64,000 bases of DNA from Lytechinus pictus (Eukaryota): assembly GCF_037042905.1 (NCBI RefSeq), contig NC_087251.1, forward strand, positions 20,956,001 to 21,020,000, read 5' to 3'. Positions 24,640 to 37,872 of this stretch are shown here, piece by piece (the stretch's first letter is position 1; each line of letters starts with the position of its first letter). Both the position numbers and the translations under genes were made by a program. The notes under the pieces are model-generated. The model had not been told where the DNA came from. It did no database searches and saw nothing but the letters and a program-made list of their open reading frames with translations.

Positions 24640-24784
24640 AAAGGAACATGATGTTTGGTCAAAACAATGCAAGTATGTTTCAATGTTTAGAGAATGAACA
24701 GACATAATTGGATGAAGATGTCGCTGGCTTCCATAGTTGAGATTGATTGTATCAATCGCAAATCTTTGTTTGATGTGACTCAGG
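24640..24784. mobile_element. Decayed right half of a family A MITE (probably in SRD5A 3' region)
   Basis: GCTGGCTTCCATAGTTGAGATTGATTGTATCAATCGCAAATCTTTGT matches the 3' arm of the 4440 and 20052 copies. Confidence 0.6.
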
Positions 24785-27700
24785 GTGGTGAATAAAAAAT
24801 AGATCCTATTAATCTCTTTTCTATTATATTGTAATTATGATGGCCTCCAAAGAGAGATGAGTGGATTGGGAGTGAGTGAGTAAGCGATTGGCAGTCATAT
24901 GCCCTCTTTGTTAGCTTTGGGAAAGAGAGTGAGTTTCGCAGCGGTTTCTTTTGTTTTCATGCACCTTAACATCAACATTAACATGGAATCAAACACACCT
25001 CTGCACAAGCAAACACATAATAAACAAACAAACATGCATGGGTATTTCAAACCACGACTCAAACCATGTTATCTCACAGAACCATCACTACATAAACCAC
25101 AACAAAACATCAAAAATGAAGAAGCAGGGGCTTGATTTGAATGGATTTTCATCTCTATTGCCACAGACAAAAGAATATGTTCTTTATTGACCCTTCATGT
25201 ATATTTCTGCATGTTGTGCAGCTTTTCAATTCAGACCTCATCCAACACTTTTGAATCCTGCTCTTTTTGTGATGGCATGATCATAACAAGCATGGTATCA
25301 TTTAAAGAAAATTAAACGATCTTTTGATATGCATTGTGTAATATTGGGAGTTGGGAGAAATTAATAGCCAAAATCAGATTTCCAAACTTTTTTAGGGGTT
25401 TTATATCATCACCACGGGAAAAAAAAAGAACAGTGACTTTCAATATTGTGTCATTTTGCAACTTTTGAATTTTGAGCTTGCCCCACATTTCAAGGCACTG
25501 CACCTCCATGTGAACCATAAACATATCATGTAGGGTATTATTATAAAGAGAATTAAATGATCTATTCATTAATCACACATTGATATTCACTAAAACCGAG
25601 GAGGGATTATCGATCAAAGTCAGATTTCCAAACTTTTTGAGGAGTTTATATATATCCAAGTTGGCTGGCAAAGGTTCCTTAAATTAATGTCCACAATGCT
25701 GGCGATGATGAAATTGATGTTGAAACACGATGAATAATAAGAGTCACTGTAACGAGTTGAAATGTCTGTGAAGACGATGTTGATGGTGATTAACAGTCAA
25801 TTTTAGTAATCCATGGGTTGAAATGCGTTCATTAAAACAGGTTGATGATCTCGATGAGAACTGAGAATTCATCTTTCAAAGTTACTGCAAACAGTTCATT
25901 GATGGCGTGCAAATAATTCCACAGTAGATAAATGTTGTATTCCAGTTGGAAATAAACTATGCTCTGACATAAAGTCTGGTGTAAAACTCTGAGTTCTGAT
26001 CTGATATAATTATATAGAAACTGCCAGCCTATATATATAAATTTTCACTATTATTGTTGTCTATAAAAAGAACCTTCTGCCAATTTCTAGAGCATTCTAA
26101 TTCTAGAAGACTCTTGAATGACCTCAGTGAAATTAACAATGTAAACAACATAGCTAATCCTATCGTCTTTTTCCACTACCAATAGGAGTCTATATATTGT
26201 GTAGCAGTCTCTATTGTTTATATTTGTACATTTCAAAAATACCAACAACTACTCTATCCAATTTAATATGGTGTCTAACAAAGCTTATCTGAGACATTCT
26301 GGAATATTCTTATTAGGCAATTAATTTCCTTAGAGAAAAATAATAATTAAATGTAAAATTACAATTCCTCTTATATACAACACCTGTCACAATCGGCACA
26401 TTACTAATTGCTGATTGACATATGTGTTGTTGTTTTTTCCTCAAAGTAAATTTATTGTGATTGATATTTTGACGCAGTGCTGCAAATCAGTCATCAATTT
26501 TTTCCACAGGGGTGCTGGTACATTTGTATGTAATTGATATGTACTTAATATAGGATATATAATTCTTTCGCATTATTTTTAAAATTACCATCTGCTTCCT
26601 GCTTTCACAATGTTAGCACCAGGTATATATCAGGCTATAGCCACGGCGTCAATATCATAACTCAAAATGAGGTCAAGTTTGGAGGAGAAAGATGAAGATA
26701 ACGAGTGCAGCTTTGCGTTTCTTTCCAAGTCTTAGAATGTATAGGCGTGCGGTGTGACGTCACAGAACCACCTTTCAGATCATTTGGGCATTTATGATAA
26801 AAAACTAGGCTGAACTTGTCGCATAAACATACCGAGCCCTAATGAAATCACGTATTATTCAGGCCAATTTATACTGATTTCAGTGTGGATAATAAGGTAT
26901 TCATGTAGTCATGCTTCGAACCACCGTCATTAACCAGTTCGTTTCAACTTGATATTTAAGTTTCTTCATCATACTTTATACCAAAACTTTCCCATTCAAA
27001 TATTTAAATACAAAGGAAAAAAAAAATTGACGTCACAGCTTTGTAACACAATCCTAACATGACAACCCCTAACCATGGACCTATATAAATTTAGTTCCGT
27101 GCCCTAACTAAGAACTAACAAGAAGCGCTCCTCAACCGTAGGTCATCGAACTACAAGTTGTCCACTAGGAGGGGCCTTTTTCAAATTTAAGTTTTATTTA
27201 AACTGTTTGATATTAATGTGTCAAGAAAAAATGATTTCAATTTACTTTTCTAATCGAATCAAAAGGACTGTTTTTTAATCAAAACACGATCATCGTGATG
27301 GTGATCATGGTAAAGACTGAGATAATAATGAAGAAGATGATGTAAAGATGATAACTATCATGGTGATACAAAAATAAGACGATGGAGTTTTTTCATATTA
27401 TAGCGGCATCATTCCTTCTTTCTTTAAAGTCCATGTCCATGCTGTTTTCCTTTACTTTTTACATTATTTCTAAAAATGTTGCTTTTTCATTATACATAAT
27501 TTAAACCAACTTTAAATCACTTTCCTATTTGAGAGTATACTGCTTGCGCGTTTGTTTGTTTTGAACGTAATGTTAATTCATCAAACATTATAAATTAACC
27601 ATATTTTTTAAATTACCATAGAACAGTATTTTCTTTGACAATCACATATTTCCGTATTGATTTACTTGAATACTCATATTTGAAAAGATGTATGTATGAT

Positions 27701-30700
27701 AAATAACATAAATACTTTAAGAAAACAATGTACAAAAAAACCTATCATCAGAACTTATACATTGCAGCATTTGAATCTTAGAAACACTTTTAACAAAGTA
27801 GGAAAAAAACAAATACATGTATGCTTTCCAATGTCAAACCTGTAACATCTACATGTCAGTCACCAAAAGTTAGTAGTTGACTGAATTACAATGTTTCCAA
27901 TTTATAATACCCTGCAATTCTCAGTGTAGGTAATTTCTAACGGCGTTTCTGTTAAATCTATGGTTTTTGAAAAAAAAAATATTTATGAGCAATACTTAAA
28001 GGCACTTAAATAAATTTATATAGGTGTTAATTTAAAATACTTAATGGTTCATAAATCATCTGTAAATAATAGATAAAATTTAGAGTACTATTTTGATTGA
28101 TTTATTCATGAAAACATAAACATTGTACGATATATTAATTTACGAGTTAGAAAAAACATATCATATGAAAGACCTTGGCACCCGCTTATCTGTATTTTCT
28201 TCTTCACATTTCTTTTATTTTCATAATTTCTCCTCGACTTAATTTTTCAAATTTTCTTCTCCTGGTTTTCCCTTTCCCTTATTTCTCCCCACCATCCTCC
28301 ATTTTCTTCCTCTCCTCATTCTTTCTTTTATTTTTCTTCTTCTTCTAGCTCTTCTCTTATTCATTCTTCTTATCATCGTTCATTCTAAAATTAAACTTAC
28401 TTCCCTTTTTTGCAAATATATAACAGTATCTAATGTAAAATTTATCAAGCCCAAATAACTTCTCATCAACTAAAGTCTTCTTTTTCGTTAACTTTCAACA
28501 TTTGTTCTATCCTGGTTTTTTTTATTGTTTCACCTGAACGAAGATCGGTAGAGACCTGTAGCCACTTTTCTCGTTAGCCTGTTACAAAAAAATGTTAAAT
28601 TTTTTTTTAACTTACTCTCATTTTTCTATTTCTGCACCAATTGTGTTCACACTTTTTTTTCGAACCAGAAAAACGGGCGTATGATAAAAGTAGAATGAAT
28701 TTTGGCTACATGCAGAATTTACATTGGATTTGTACATGAAATCAAGTTTTTAAGCAATTTTCGGTCTGACATGCACGAAATGTTGCGTAACTTCGGAACT
28801 ACGTATCCCCGCGTCAAGTCTTAAAGGGAAAAAATGGTCAAAAACATCGCGGCACGACAGATTTATAGCAAAAAAATGTCGAAGGGGGGGGGGGGATAAA
28901 AAAGCTCGTAGATAGGGTCAACCCCTTCAGATCTCGGACGCTAATTGCGGCCGAGAATGTAGAGTAAAATAAGATCATAAATTTAATTGTTCATATTTTT
29001 AATTAATTCATTATGCGAATAAAAGTACTAAATTTGCCCTAAATATGTGTGCGCTTTTGTGTTTTTTGTGGGGGGTAAGTTTTTGCCTTTAACCCACTTT
29101 AAGTAGCTAGTAAAATACTATTTGGGGTGAAAATTTATACAAGCAGCTACCCTTCTCCATGTGACAAATCTTTGAATGTCAATGATTCGTATATAGTTGT
29201 ACATTTTTAACTGCGGAAATCATTTTTGGCATTCGTAACAAATATGTACAAAAATTTCAAAAATATAATTCAATTCCTGTTAGGGAATAGTAACTTGATC
29301 TGTTATTAGATATCATCCAGTATTGAAGAGTACTTGGAATTAGAGTTGTGAGTCAATGGTATTGCGCACGCTCTCTCTCTCTCATTTGTTCCGTCTTTAC
29401 TTTTCTTCTGCCCCAGATTGACATTGCAAAGTTCACAAAAAAGTTAATGTAATTATAGAGCTGCTGGTAAACGACGGTCATTTGGCATTTATGAGCTAGC
29501 GCTTTGTCATTCCTTGTTGAAGAAATTTCAAGCAGGTTTTATATTGAGTTATGCGTATAGATAAATTCAGTTGATTTCAATAACAACTCTAGCTGGCATC
29601 TTTGAGAAAAGTTTAGAATAGTTGAATATTCTCAGCAACTCCGGTTGGGCTAATGGGTAAAGAAAATGTGAGACACGCAGAGGGTCAGGAGCAGGGGCGT
29701 CCTGAAGAACATGTCAATAGATAGGGCAAGGCCCGTTCCAATGACGAAAATTTTCGAGGGCCAATCGAGAACCGTAGCTGTACGGATGTGATATGCTGTG
29801 TCATCTTTTTGGCCTTCATCGGGGGCCAGGGCTTCATCGCCTACCTCGCATTTACGACGGGGGATCCAAACACGATCATCCACTCCACCGACTATCAGGG
29901 TAAAATCTGCGGCAATGCTCCTGGAAAGACCAACCTCACCAACCTGTTCTACTTTGATTTGTTGTCATGTTTGTCCTACTCCACGGTCTTCTCCTTGAGG
30001 TGTGACGCTCCTAGGGTGTGTGTCGAGACCTGTCCTACAGAGACGTACGCTATTCATCTGAAATACATGTCCAAGTTGAATAGCAATACACCTACAAATG
30101 TCGACTGGAATGATTTCATCTGCAAAGATGGGATTGACCCAGAGGATAAGGTGATCAATGGTGAACTTACCATTGACAAACTTCTCGACCAAAAACTCTG
30201 TGCAAGTTACTACGTGAAAAGCAAACCCTTTCTCGGAAGGTGTTTGCCAGACCTCCCCTTTGACATGTTGGACAAATTGGCAGGTAATGCATTTTTATCT
30301 TTCGTTTAAATAATAATTATTGAACATAACTTTAACCCCCTCCTCCACGAACGTCAATTATTCTGATTCATTCAAAGAATGGCTACGCAGTCAACATTTT
30401 TTTTACCGCATCTGATGTGCAGATGAGACATTGAAACATAATTATGTTTAGCTGGAAACAATCTAACTAATTTCACTAGTTGGATAGTGTTTAATGGGTA
30501 AATATTCAGCCTAATAGTTGTTCATACCTAATTTATCATCAACTTTTAAGCCGCTTAAAATAATAGTATTGTCAGGATTCAACTTTGTTTGTCTTGTTTG
30601 TTTTGTTTAAATATAAATGACAACAACAATAATAATAATAATAATAATAATACCATCATGTAGCTTTCACAATATTTACATGTACATCAACCAAATTAGA

Positions 30701-30895
30701 CTTCGAAACGCTTACAGTTCATTGCTCATCTATGTTTTTTGTTAGATGTTTTTCCTGAAAAGGTGTCAGGAAAAGATACTCTTCATTCACATTTTCAGAA
30801 AATAAGCAAAACGCGTTATAACCCAAAATGGGATCGTAGACCAGTCGTAAGTAGAGACGTCGCGACTTCTTTAATATCGCAGATGAAATACATGT

Positions 30896-31095
30896 GGGCA
30901 ATTCCATTAAATATGTACGTCCGACTTCCTATTCGTGGGAACTTCATGAAATTCTCTGTGTCTGATTTCTTGTTCTTTTGACAGTCTGTAATGCTCTCAA
31001 ATGACCTTGACTTGGTCAATTTATGAAGTGAAGTAAAACTTGAGAAAAATGGGGGTCGGACGTACAAAAAGGTTGATTATTTTATGGAATTGCCC
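30896..31095. mobile_element. 200-bp MITE with 4-bp TSD (Sola-like)
   Basis: TIR GGGCAATTCCAT; second inverted block GTACGTCCGAC/GTCGGACGTAC; TSD ATGT (30892-30895, 31096-31099). Confidence 0.8.
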
Positions 31096-31917
31096 ATGTA
31101 ACATAACCCCCGGTCGGAAATGTAGTTTGCCCGCGCGCACACACAATCAAATGCCTTTCCTCCACTCCCTGGAAAGCATTCCAGGGAAGAATTCATACTC
31201 TAAATAATTATGCACGCACGAATATGTCACAGCTTATTAAAATTCTGGATGCACACCATAAGGCCATACTGATCTGCACCATTCTTTGCATTTTACGCCT
31301 TGGGAAGTTGGGGTCAGCGCCGGACCCTTTTCCCTGCATCCAAAACACCTTCGATTCACCCTTTTCCACAAGAGCCACTAAGAGCGATATTGTTTTTTAC
31401 CAAATCCTAGCGTCCCCAATACCACACGGCCCATAATAATTAGTACGCCAGTGGAACAATAGATTTGTTACAATTATTGTTGAGATGTAGGGTGTAAACA
31501 GTCATACATAAAGAGCGTTCACGACCATGACGAAGTCGCGAAATTCGCCAGTGGAATTAAGACATCGGCAGCAAAAATCGCCAACTTTGCGACTACAATT
31601 ACGAAGTTTGCAACGAGAGTCGCGAACCCCCCTACCAATCGCAAACTTTCACGAGTAAATTTTCGCAGTTTGAAATTTGTGGGATATTAATACTAAGCAT
31701 CATGTTTTCATTTATTAATTTGCAGTCTTGGCATTTCAGACACCGAATGAACGCAATATCACCAACGAGCACACAGACCTCTTCTCCAAGTTCATCTATT
31801 ACCTCAAACAATCAGAGAAGATAAAAAATTGTCGTCGATGACTTCAAGTCAACTTGGCCACATATCGTAGCAGCTGTAGGTATCGTCGTCCTCGTTTCCT
31901 TTTTCTTCCTCATCCTC

Positions 31918-33264
31918 ATGCGATGGTTAGCGAGTATCGTCCTATTTGGTTCCATCGTAGGTCTCTTCGGGTTGCTTGGATGGGGGATGTACTATTGCTA
32001 TGACACCTGGTTGTGCTACAAGAATGGAATGGAAGCATGTTATTCGACACCCATGCGTTTGAACGATCCTCTAAACCTCTTCAGCAATCTCCAATCTGAA
32101 AGGGTATGGTTCGTTTTTTCCATAATCTTGACGGTGATTGCCAGTATCCTGCTGTTGCTGTGTATGGCATTGTTCAATCGGTTCCGCCTGGCAGTCAAAC
32201 TATTAGGGGAGGCAAGTGAAGCAGTGGGTATGATGGTGAGCACATTGGTATGGCCTGTCTTTCCATTTATCTTTCAGATTGGATATGTGGCGTTCTGGGC
32301 CTTTGTAACCGTTTACTTAGCATCTGCGGGTGTTGCTTTGTTTGAGGTGTCTAATGCTCCTAGTAGTTCCTCCCTGGAAAATGGTACGCCTTGTGATCAA
32401 ACGTCGTTCGATTCGGAACTTCATGCCCCTGCGACATGTGACTTCACCAGCTATGACACAACGCCATACACCATGTATCTGCAGATTTACGGCATAGTAG
32501 GATTGTTATGGATGCTAAACTTCTTCGTTGCTCTGGGGGAAGTCACGCTTGCAGGAGCTTTTGCTTCATATTACTGGGCTTTTAAAAAGCCCCGAGATAT
32601 CCCAAGTCTCCCTCTTGTCTACTCTTTCTGGCGAGCCATCCGATACCATCTAGGTTCTATTGCTTTTGGAGCTCTCCTTATCACGGTCGTTCAAATTATA
32701 CGACTGCTCCTCCATTTCATCGAAAAAAATACAAAACATGCAAATAATGCTGTGGCTAGATTCATATTTCGCTGTTGCAAGTGTGGGTTTTGGTGCTTGG
32801 AGAAATTGCTCCGTTTTATTAGTAAGAATGCGTACATTGAGATTGCCATCTCCGGGCGAAATTTCTGCTCTTCGGCAGCAGGTGCTTTCAATCTCATCAT
32901 GCGTAATATTGTCCGCGCCACCGTTCTAAATGGTGTCAACAGTTTCATGATCTTCCTCACGAAATTTTCAATCATAATTGGTATCTCAGTGGGTACCTTC
33001 TATTTTTTCCAGCTTGAAGTGACCAAGGGAGTTGCCCCGGATGTCTATTACATCTGGGTGCCCATCACCGCTATCGCACTCGTCTCCTTTTTCATCACGA
33101 CGGTTTTCTTTGGTGTGTACGACATGGCAGTCGACACCCTCTTCCTGTGTTTCCTCGAGGACTTGGAACGGAATGATGGATCTGAGGAGAAACCTTACTA
33201 TATGTCAAAGGGTCTAAGAGACTTGGTTGGAAAGCGTAACAAGAAACCAAACAAACGCAAGTGA
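31918..33264 (+). CDS. Uninterrupted 448-aa C-terminal ORF of the SLC44/CTL-like gene
   Basis: ORF track; multi-pass membrane protein with the conserved CTL C-terminal domain; frame is open upstream to KIVVDDFKSTWP at 31825. Confidence 0.85.
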   Translation: MRWLASIVLFGSIVGLFGLLGWGMYYCYDTWLCYKNGMEACYSTPMRLNDPLNLFSNLQSERVWFVFSIILTVIASILLLLCMALFNRFRLAVKLLGEASEAVGMMVSTLVWPVFPFIFQIGYVAFWAFVTVYLASAGVALFEVSNAPSSSSLENGTPCDQTSFDSELHAPATCDFTSYDTTPYTMYLQIYGIVGLLWMLNFFVALGEVTLAGAFASYYWAFKKPRDIPSLPLVYSFWRAIRYHLGSIAFGALLITVVQIIRLLLHFIEKNTKHANNAVARFIFRCCKCGFWCLEKLLRFISKNAYIEIAISGRNFCSSAAGAFNLIMRNIVRATVLNGVNSFMIFLTKFSIIIGISVGTFYFFQLEVTKGVAPDVYYIWVPITAIALVSFFITTVFFGVYDMAVDTLFLCFLEDLERNDGSEEKPYYMSKGLRDLVGKRNKKPNKRK

Positions 33265-34099
33265 ATCTTTGCAGATCTAAACTTGCAGATCAACCCAACA
33301 AAAATAGTATTCAGGAACTGAACTGTACATATTTGATTTTCACAGATGAAAATTGATTCATGGACATTAGTCTTGTATATATATATGAAGATGTTGAATT
33401 TGAGGTTTGACTCTTCTCTAACCATAACTTGTTAATTAACAGTGTGATACTGTGATTTTTAAAATACTTTTGAATGAGTATCACTGGCATTTAGAAGTGG
33501 GCGATGGAGCCCCCCCCCTCCCCCACAAAATAAATGAATGAATAATTTTTTTTAAATCTACGACGAAGGAAATGAAAGAGAAATAGAAAGTAAATGAATT
33601 ATGAATCTTTTATTTTTTTATCATCTCAAAATGTATCAGATCATCGCTCACTCTCCTGACATTTTAGAAATTTTGCCACTGACACGCGATGTAGTACCCT
33701 TCAAACTTTTTGTCCCAAACCACAACTGGTTAGTATTCAAACCTATGAATTACAAGTTGAAAGCTAGATTCGAATATCAAGAAAATCTATGAGGTTATCA
33801 TAGCATCAGAGTGAAACTAAATTTGTATTAACCTATATGATTGAGTTAACCAATACCTCGGTCACATTTACTCTACGGCGGCCGTACGGCGAGACGAAAA
33901 CAGCAGTTTTAACATTTTTTTGGTACCAGTTATACATAGGTGGTTTGAATAAAAATGAATAAAACGGCTGTTTTCGACTGCATTGATTACAACTCTTTAT
34001 TCAACAGGTCCCAGGGTAAATTACCAATATGATTAAGTTGATGATTACGGTTACCATTATAGACTAGTGGTTGAAACTTAGTCATGCCTGTTGGTGCCA

Positions 34100-34960
34100 T
34101 GGTTCCGGAATCCAAAGTCACAAAATGGAAAAAGAAAGACCAATGAAAATGAAATGGGATTAAACCAGATGGTCATTCTTTGCTTGACTGCTATCGAGTC
34201 CATGTGGTGATTTCAAGTACGGTGTTTAAATCTGGTGTTGGTGTTGTGACAACACCAGCCACAACACGGTACTTGAAATCAGGCTGGTTTTGGGATCGAC
34301 CTCGGAAAATATGACGTATTTCCGGCAGTTCGTGTTGAAGGCTTGTATTAAATGCCGTCTGTTGAACCCAGCAATGCGGCTGGTGTTGACGATCTACGTG
34401 CAATTTACCCATTCTCCAACACCAACACGATGAAACATCCCCGTAAAATTAGCTTTTACAGTTAAGATGAGTACAAATCATCAGAGCCTTATATATTTTA
34501 GTGAAGAATAATTATTGAATTAATTAAAGCATTTGTATTCTGTACGATGATAATTTAATGCATTTCTTTCCGATTTCATTTTCGTCGTCGAGACTTCTCG
34601 CCTGAAGTTGAGATGATTTAGCAGCACAGCTCAGAGGCGTGACGTCATGTGCTATCGACAACGCAATCAATATCGTTCCTCTGAACCCATCTCGGTTCAG
34701 CGGCCTTTTTACGCTCTCAACACCAACACTGAACACCGTACTTGAAATCACCCATTCATGATTTATGCTTATTTGACGTCAATATAGCTGTATTTAGAAT
34801 GTTAGTTTTAACTTCCTGTAACTTCTTAGTAACTGAGGCAATCAATTAAACATGCCGATGGTCATACTTTGAACTTTGATAAACTGGTAAGTTTGTTTAA
34901 TCCCATCTCATTTTCATCAGTTTTCCTTTTGCCATTTTGTGACTTTGGATTCCGGAACCA
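34100..34960. mobile_element. Non-autonomous TIR element, ~860 bp, superfamily unassigned
   Basis: TIR TGGTTCCGGAATCCAAAGTCACAAAATGG (29 bp perfect, ~65 bp imperfect); no clean TSD. Confidence 0.85.
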
Positions 34961-35211
34961 ATTGAATTTAGGGGCTACATCACCTTTGTGATTAAACCAA
35001 TCTCTTGATTATTGACATGTGCTTAGTAAGGATTATTAAAGCTAGCCTGTGTCAAAATTTTGTTCATTTTGACTGAGTGGAATATGTTTAGTGCGCTTGT
35101 GAAGATTGATAAGTTTATTTTGGAACCCAATTTATACACGCGCTCTTTTGAGGCCACCGGAAACACTTGAAAGTACTCAAAATTTAAGTTCGGTTCCACA
35201 CCTTTTTCCAA

Positions 35212-35341
35212 NNNNNNNNNNNNNNNNNNNNNNNNNNNNNNNNNNNNNNNNNNNNNNNNNNNNNNNNNNNNNNNNNNNNNNNNNNNNNNNNNNNNNNNNN
35301 NNNNNNNNNNNNNNNNNNNNNNNNNNNNNNNNNNNNNNNNN
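35212..35341. other. Assembly gap (130 N)
   Basis: Run of N. Confidence 1.
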
Positions 35342-37058
35342 TATGGCCCCATACACTGTTAACTGTGTCATGGAGTATTTATTCTGTAGCCTCATGACCA
35401 ACGAACTCTATATCAATATTATGTAGATCGATGGTTGGTGTCCACTAGATCCAGTGACAGGATGGTGCAACAAGGAGCGCCCTTATTATCTTAATACAAA
35501 ATAAAAAGAAAATCATAAAATGGACAAGAAGAATGAAGTAGGTAAAAAAGAGAAGGGTATAGAGAATGAATATATTTGTTCTTTCATCCAGAAAAAAATC
35601 TCTGCTTGCATAATTTATTTGACACATTTTTATGTCGACGAAAATCATGCTGGTTACTTCGGATTGAGTAATGTAATTAAATATTTTTGTTTGGGAGGGT
35701 GGTTCTGTTCGAACCCATGGAAATTCATTTTGGATCCGGTTATACCTTTTAACCCAGAAGTTGTCCAATAGCGTAAAAATTTACTTGATAGGAAACGTTG
35801 TATAAATCAATTGAAAACTGTAATAAACTTTATAGCTTTATTGTCAATGGATATGGACTCACTTGTAATCAGTTTTGATTATTGTTATCATAGTGGAATA
35901 TGGAGTGCAGACCATGAGATTAGTTTGTTGTGTTTAACAAGATTTAATTGAATACTAAGGATAAGCAAAGCAAGAATTATATATTTGCCAATAACGTGTT
36001 GAAAACTAGTTTTGAAGAAGAAGGAAAAATTTTATATTTTCGATGCATTGCGAATGAAATAAAACAAAATAACATGTGTTTTTTAATATTTATGTCATGA
36101 AATATTAAAAAAACTTCCTCGACGGTTACATCTTTATCTAAATATATATGTTTTTTAATAAAGAAATAACAACTAACATATATGGTTGGAAAAAAAAGGG
36201 TGACCAGACGTGACGAAGTTAATTTTGGGAAAACGTGTCGAGTGTGTATGCTGAATGTAGAAACTCTGTCGTACTATGGTTGTACGCCATCTGCCGTTCA
36301 GGGTCGTGTAGTATTTCATTCACTCGTCCTCTTCCACAGGAAATCATAGAAATACCGTTGGTCCTCTGTTCAGATTAAGGGAGATGAACAACCCGAGTCA
36401 TGATTACCATGCACGAATAAGGAGTTATAACGAATAAATCCAAGCTTACTGTTAAAATCCTCTTCACTCATGATGGGGGGGGGGGGGGTCAAAAACGACA
36501 TGGTGATTGTGGTGCTAATGATGGGTCTGGGCAGTTAGTGTGGAGGATGAGGAGTTGGATAGAGTTATAAGGATGATATCTATGATGTTTGCAAAAAAAA
36601 ACATGTAAAGTATACGAGTGTAAGGGGGTTCGTGAGGATGTGTGTGGGTGTGTGTGTGTGTGAGAGAGAGAGAGGGGGAGGTGGGGAGAGCGAGGGATGG
36701 ACTGACATTGGCGGGAGAGAGATAATGGATGAAGCATTTGAGACGTTTTACGTATACATGGTATATCAATGAGACTCTTCTTAACGTCACCATCCAAAAA
36801 AAAGTGACCCATGGCTCAAACCAAGGAGTTTAGTGCCTCAAGACGCCTAGATATCTTCCCTGAATAGTATACAAGATACAAACTAAGAAAAGGTTCCCCT
36901 TTGTAACCTAAGAAGTTTGTTGAACCTTTCAAGCTGCAATTTGCAATATTTTGCATCCAGTTAGGCGGGTTCTTCACACTCATTTTTGTACCTTTTGAGC
37001 GCAAAAAATAATGCGCCTTTAAATTAGTAGAGTAGTACATTTTAGGCAGCAAGCAGAA

Positions 37059-37089
<31 letters not shown>

Positions 37090-37709
37090 TATTTTTACAC
37101 CTCCTCACTCTTAAGGTGCAAAAATATACAATGTAAGGTGCAAACTTGAACACTAATGTATGTGAATCCTACGTTCAAGACTTTCTTTCATTCATGTGGT
37201 ACCATGTTGACCATATAATTAGAAAGGAGAATGTTCTATGACTAAAATTGTGTTTGATTTGAAGAGTGTATATCCTTTTAACTTCATTTATTATTTTATT
37301 GTGTATATTCATATCTATAATTTTGATAAATAGCATTTGTTTGTCTGTTCAGTAAGTAGGGGCTCACTAAGGGCTCGATAACTACAACATACACAAAAAA
37401 TTAACACGTCATTATCTGGGATTTATTTTAAATTTTTATTTCACATGTGCTCATACATAAATAATATAAATCCTTTGTAAATGCATTATATAGCTTTGTA
37501 AAACATATACATGAACATGAAAACTTCAAATTCATCAACCTCGTGTCTCTTAAAGTACAATGCCACAAAAATAACGAATAAAATAGAAAAGTATATCCGG
37601 TTGTGTTTTTACCTTAGGTCTTTCCTACGTTTATAAATAGAAGTGGATATTGACATTCATTAAACTTTTAAAAAGGTTGGGCAAAAAGGGCCCAATTTTT
37701 AATCATCAC

Positions 37710-37872
37710 TGGGCAACATACTGTCCACATAACTATTGGTTAAAATCTGTCAAAATTGGGTAATAAAAACTAATAATTTTGTTTTTTTTTAATGCTCAAT
37801 TGGATGATTTCCCAAAATATGTTTTTTTTTACCAACATACATTACCCAGCACAGTGGACAGTATGTTGCCCA
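37710..37872. repeat. Inverted repeat / MITE core
   Basis: Perfect 19-bp IR TGGGCAACATACTGTCCAC / GTGGACAGTATGTTGCCCA. Confidence 0.7.

Larger units (their letters stand above)
29653..33264 (+). pseudogene. Choline transporter-like (SLC44A2/4/5, CTL2-like) gene with two reading-frame lesions; 2 coding exons 29653-30283 and 31726-33264
   Basis: Motifs FRGPIENRSCTDVICC, DYQGKICG, CVETCP, GRCLP, LAGAFASYYWA, RYHLGSIAFG, KNAYI, MAVDTLFLCFLEDLERNDGS..KPYYMS. In-frame TAG at 29722-29724; +1 frameshift at the A6 run 31823-31828. Correcting both gives 722 aa. Family identity is secure; pseudogene status less so (assembly error possible). Confidence 0.8.

Noticed and set aside
29722-31841. Programmed stop readthrough plus +1 frameshifting to express the SLC44 gene
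   Set aside because: UAG-GGC is not a recognised strong readthrough context and no stimulatory signal is visible at the A6 run; needing two recoding events is far less parsimonious than decay or sequencing error. No nearby alternative splice site I tried rescues the frame.
33855-33982. Fragment with internal inverted repeat (CGAAAACAGC / GCTGTTTTCG)
   Set aside because: Looks like a truncated MITE with only one terminus; too little to define.
35023-35426. ORFs spanning X residues
   Set aside because: Artefacts of the 130-N gap.
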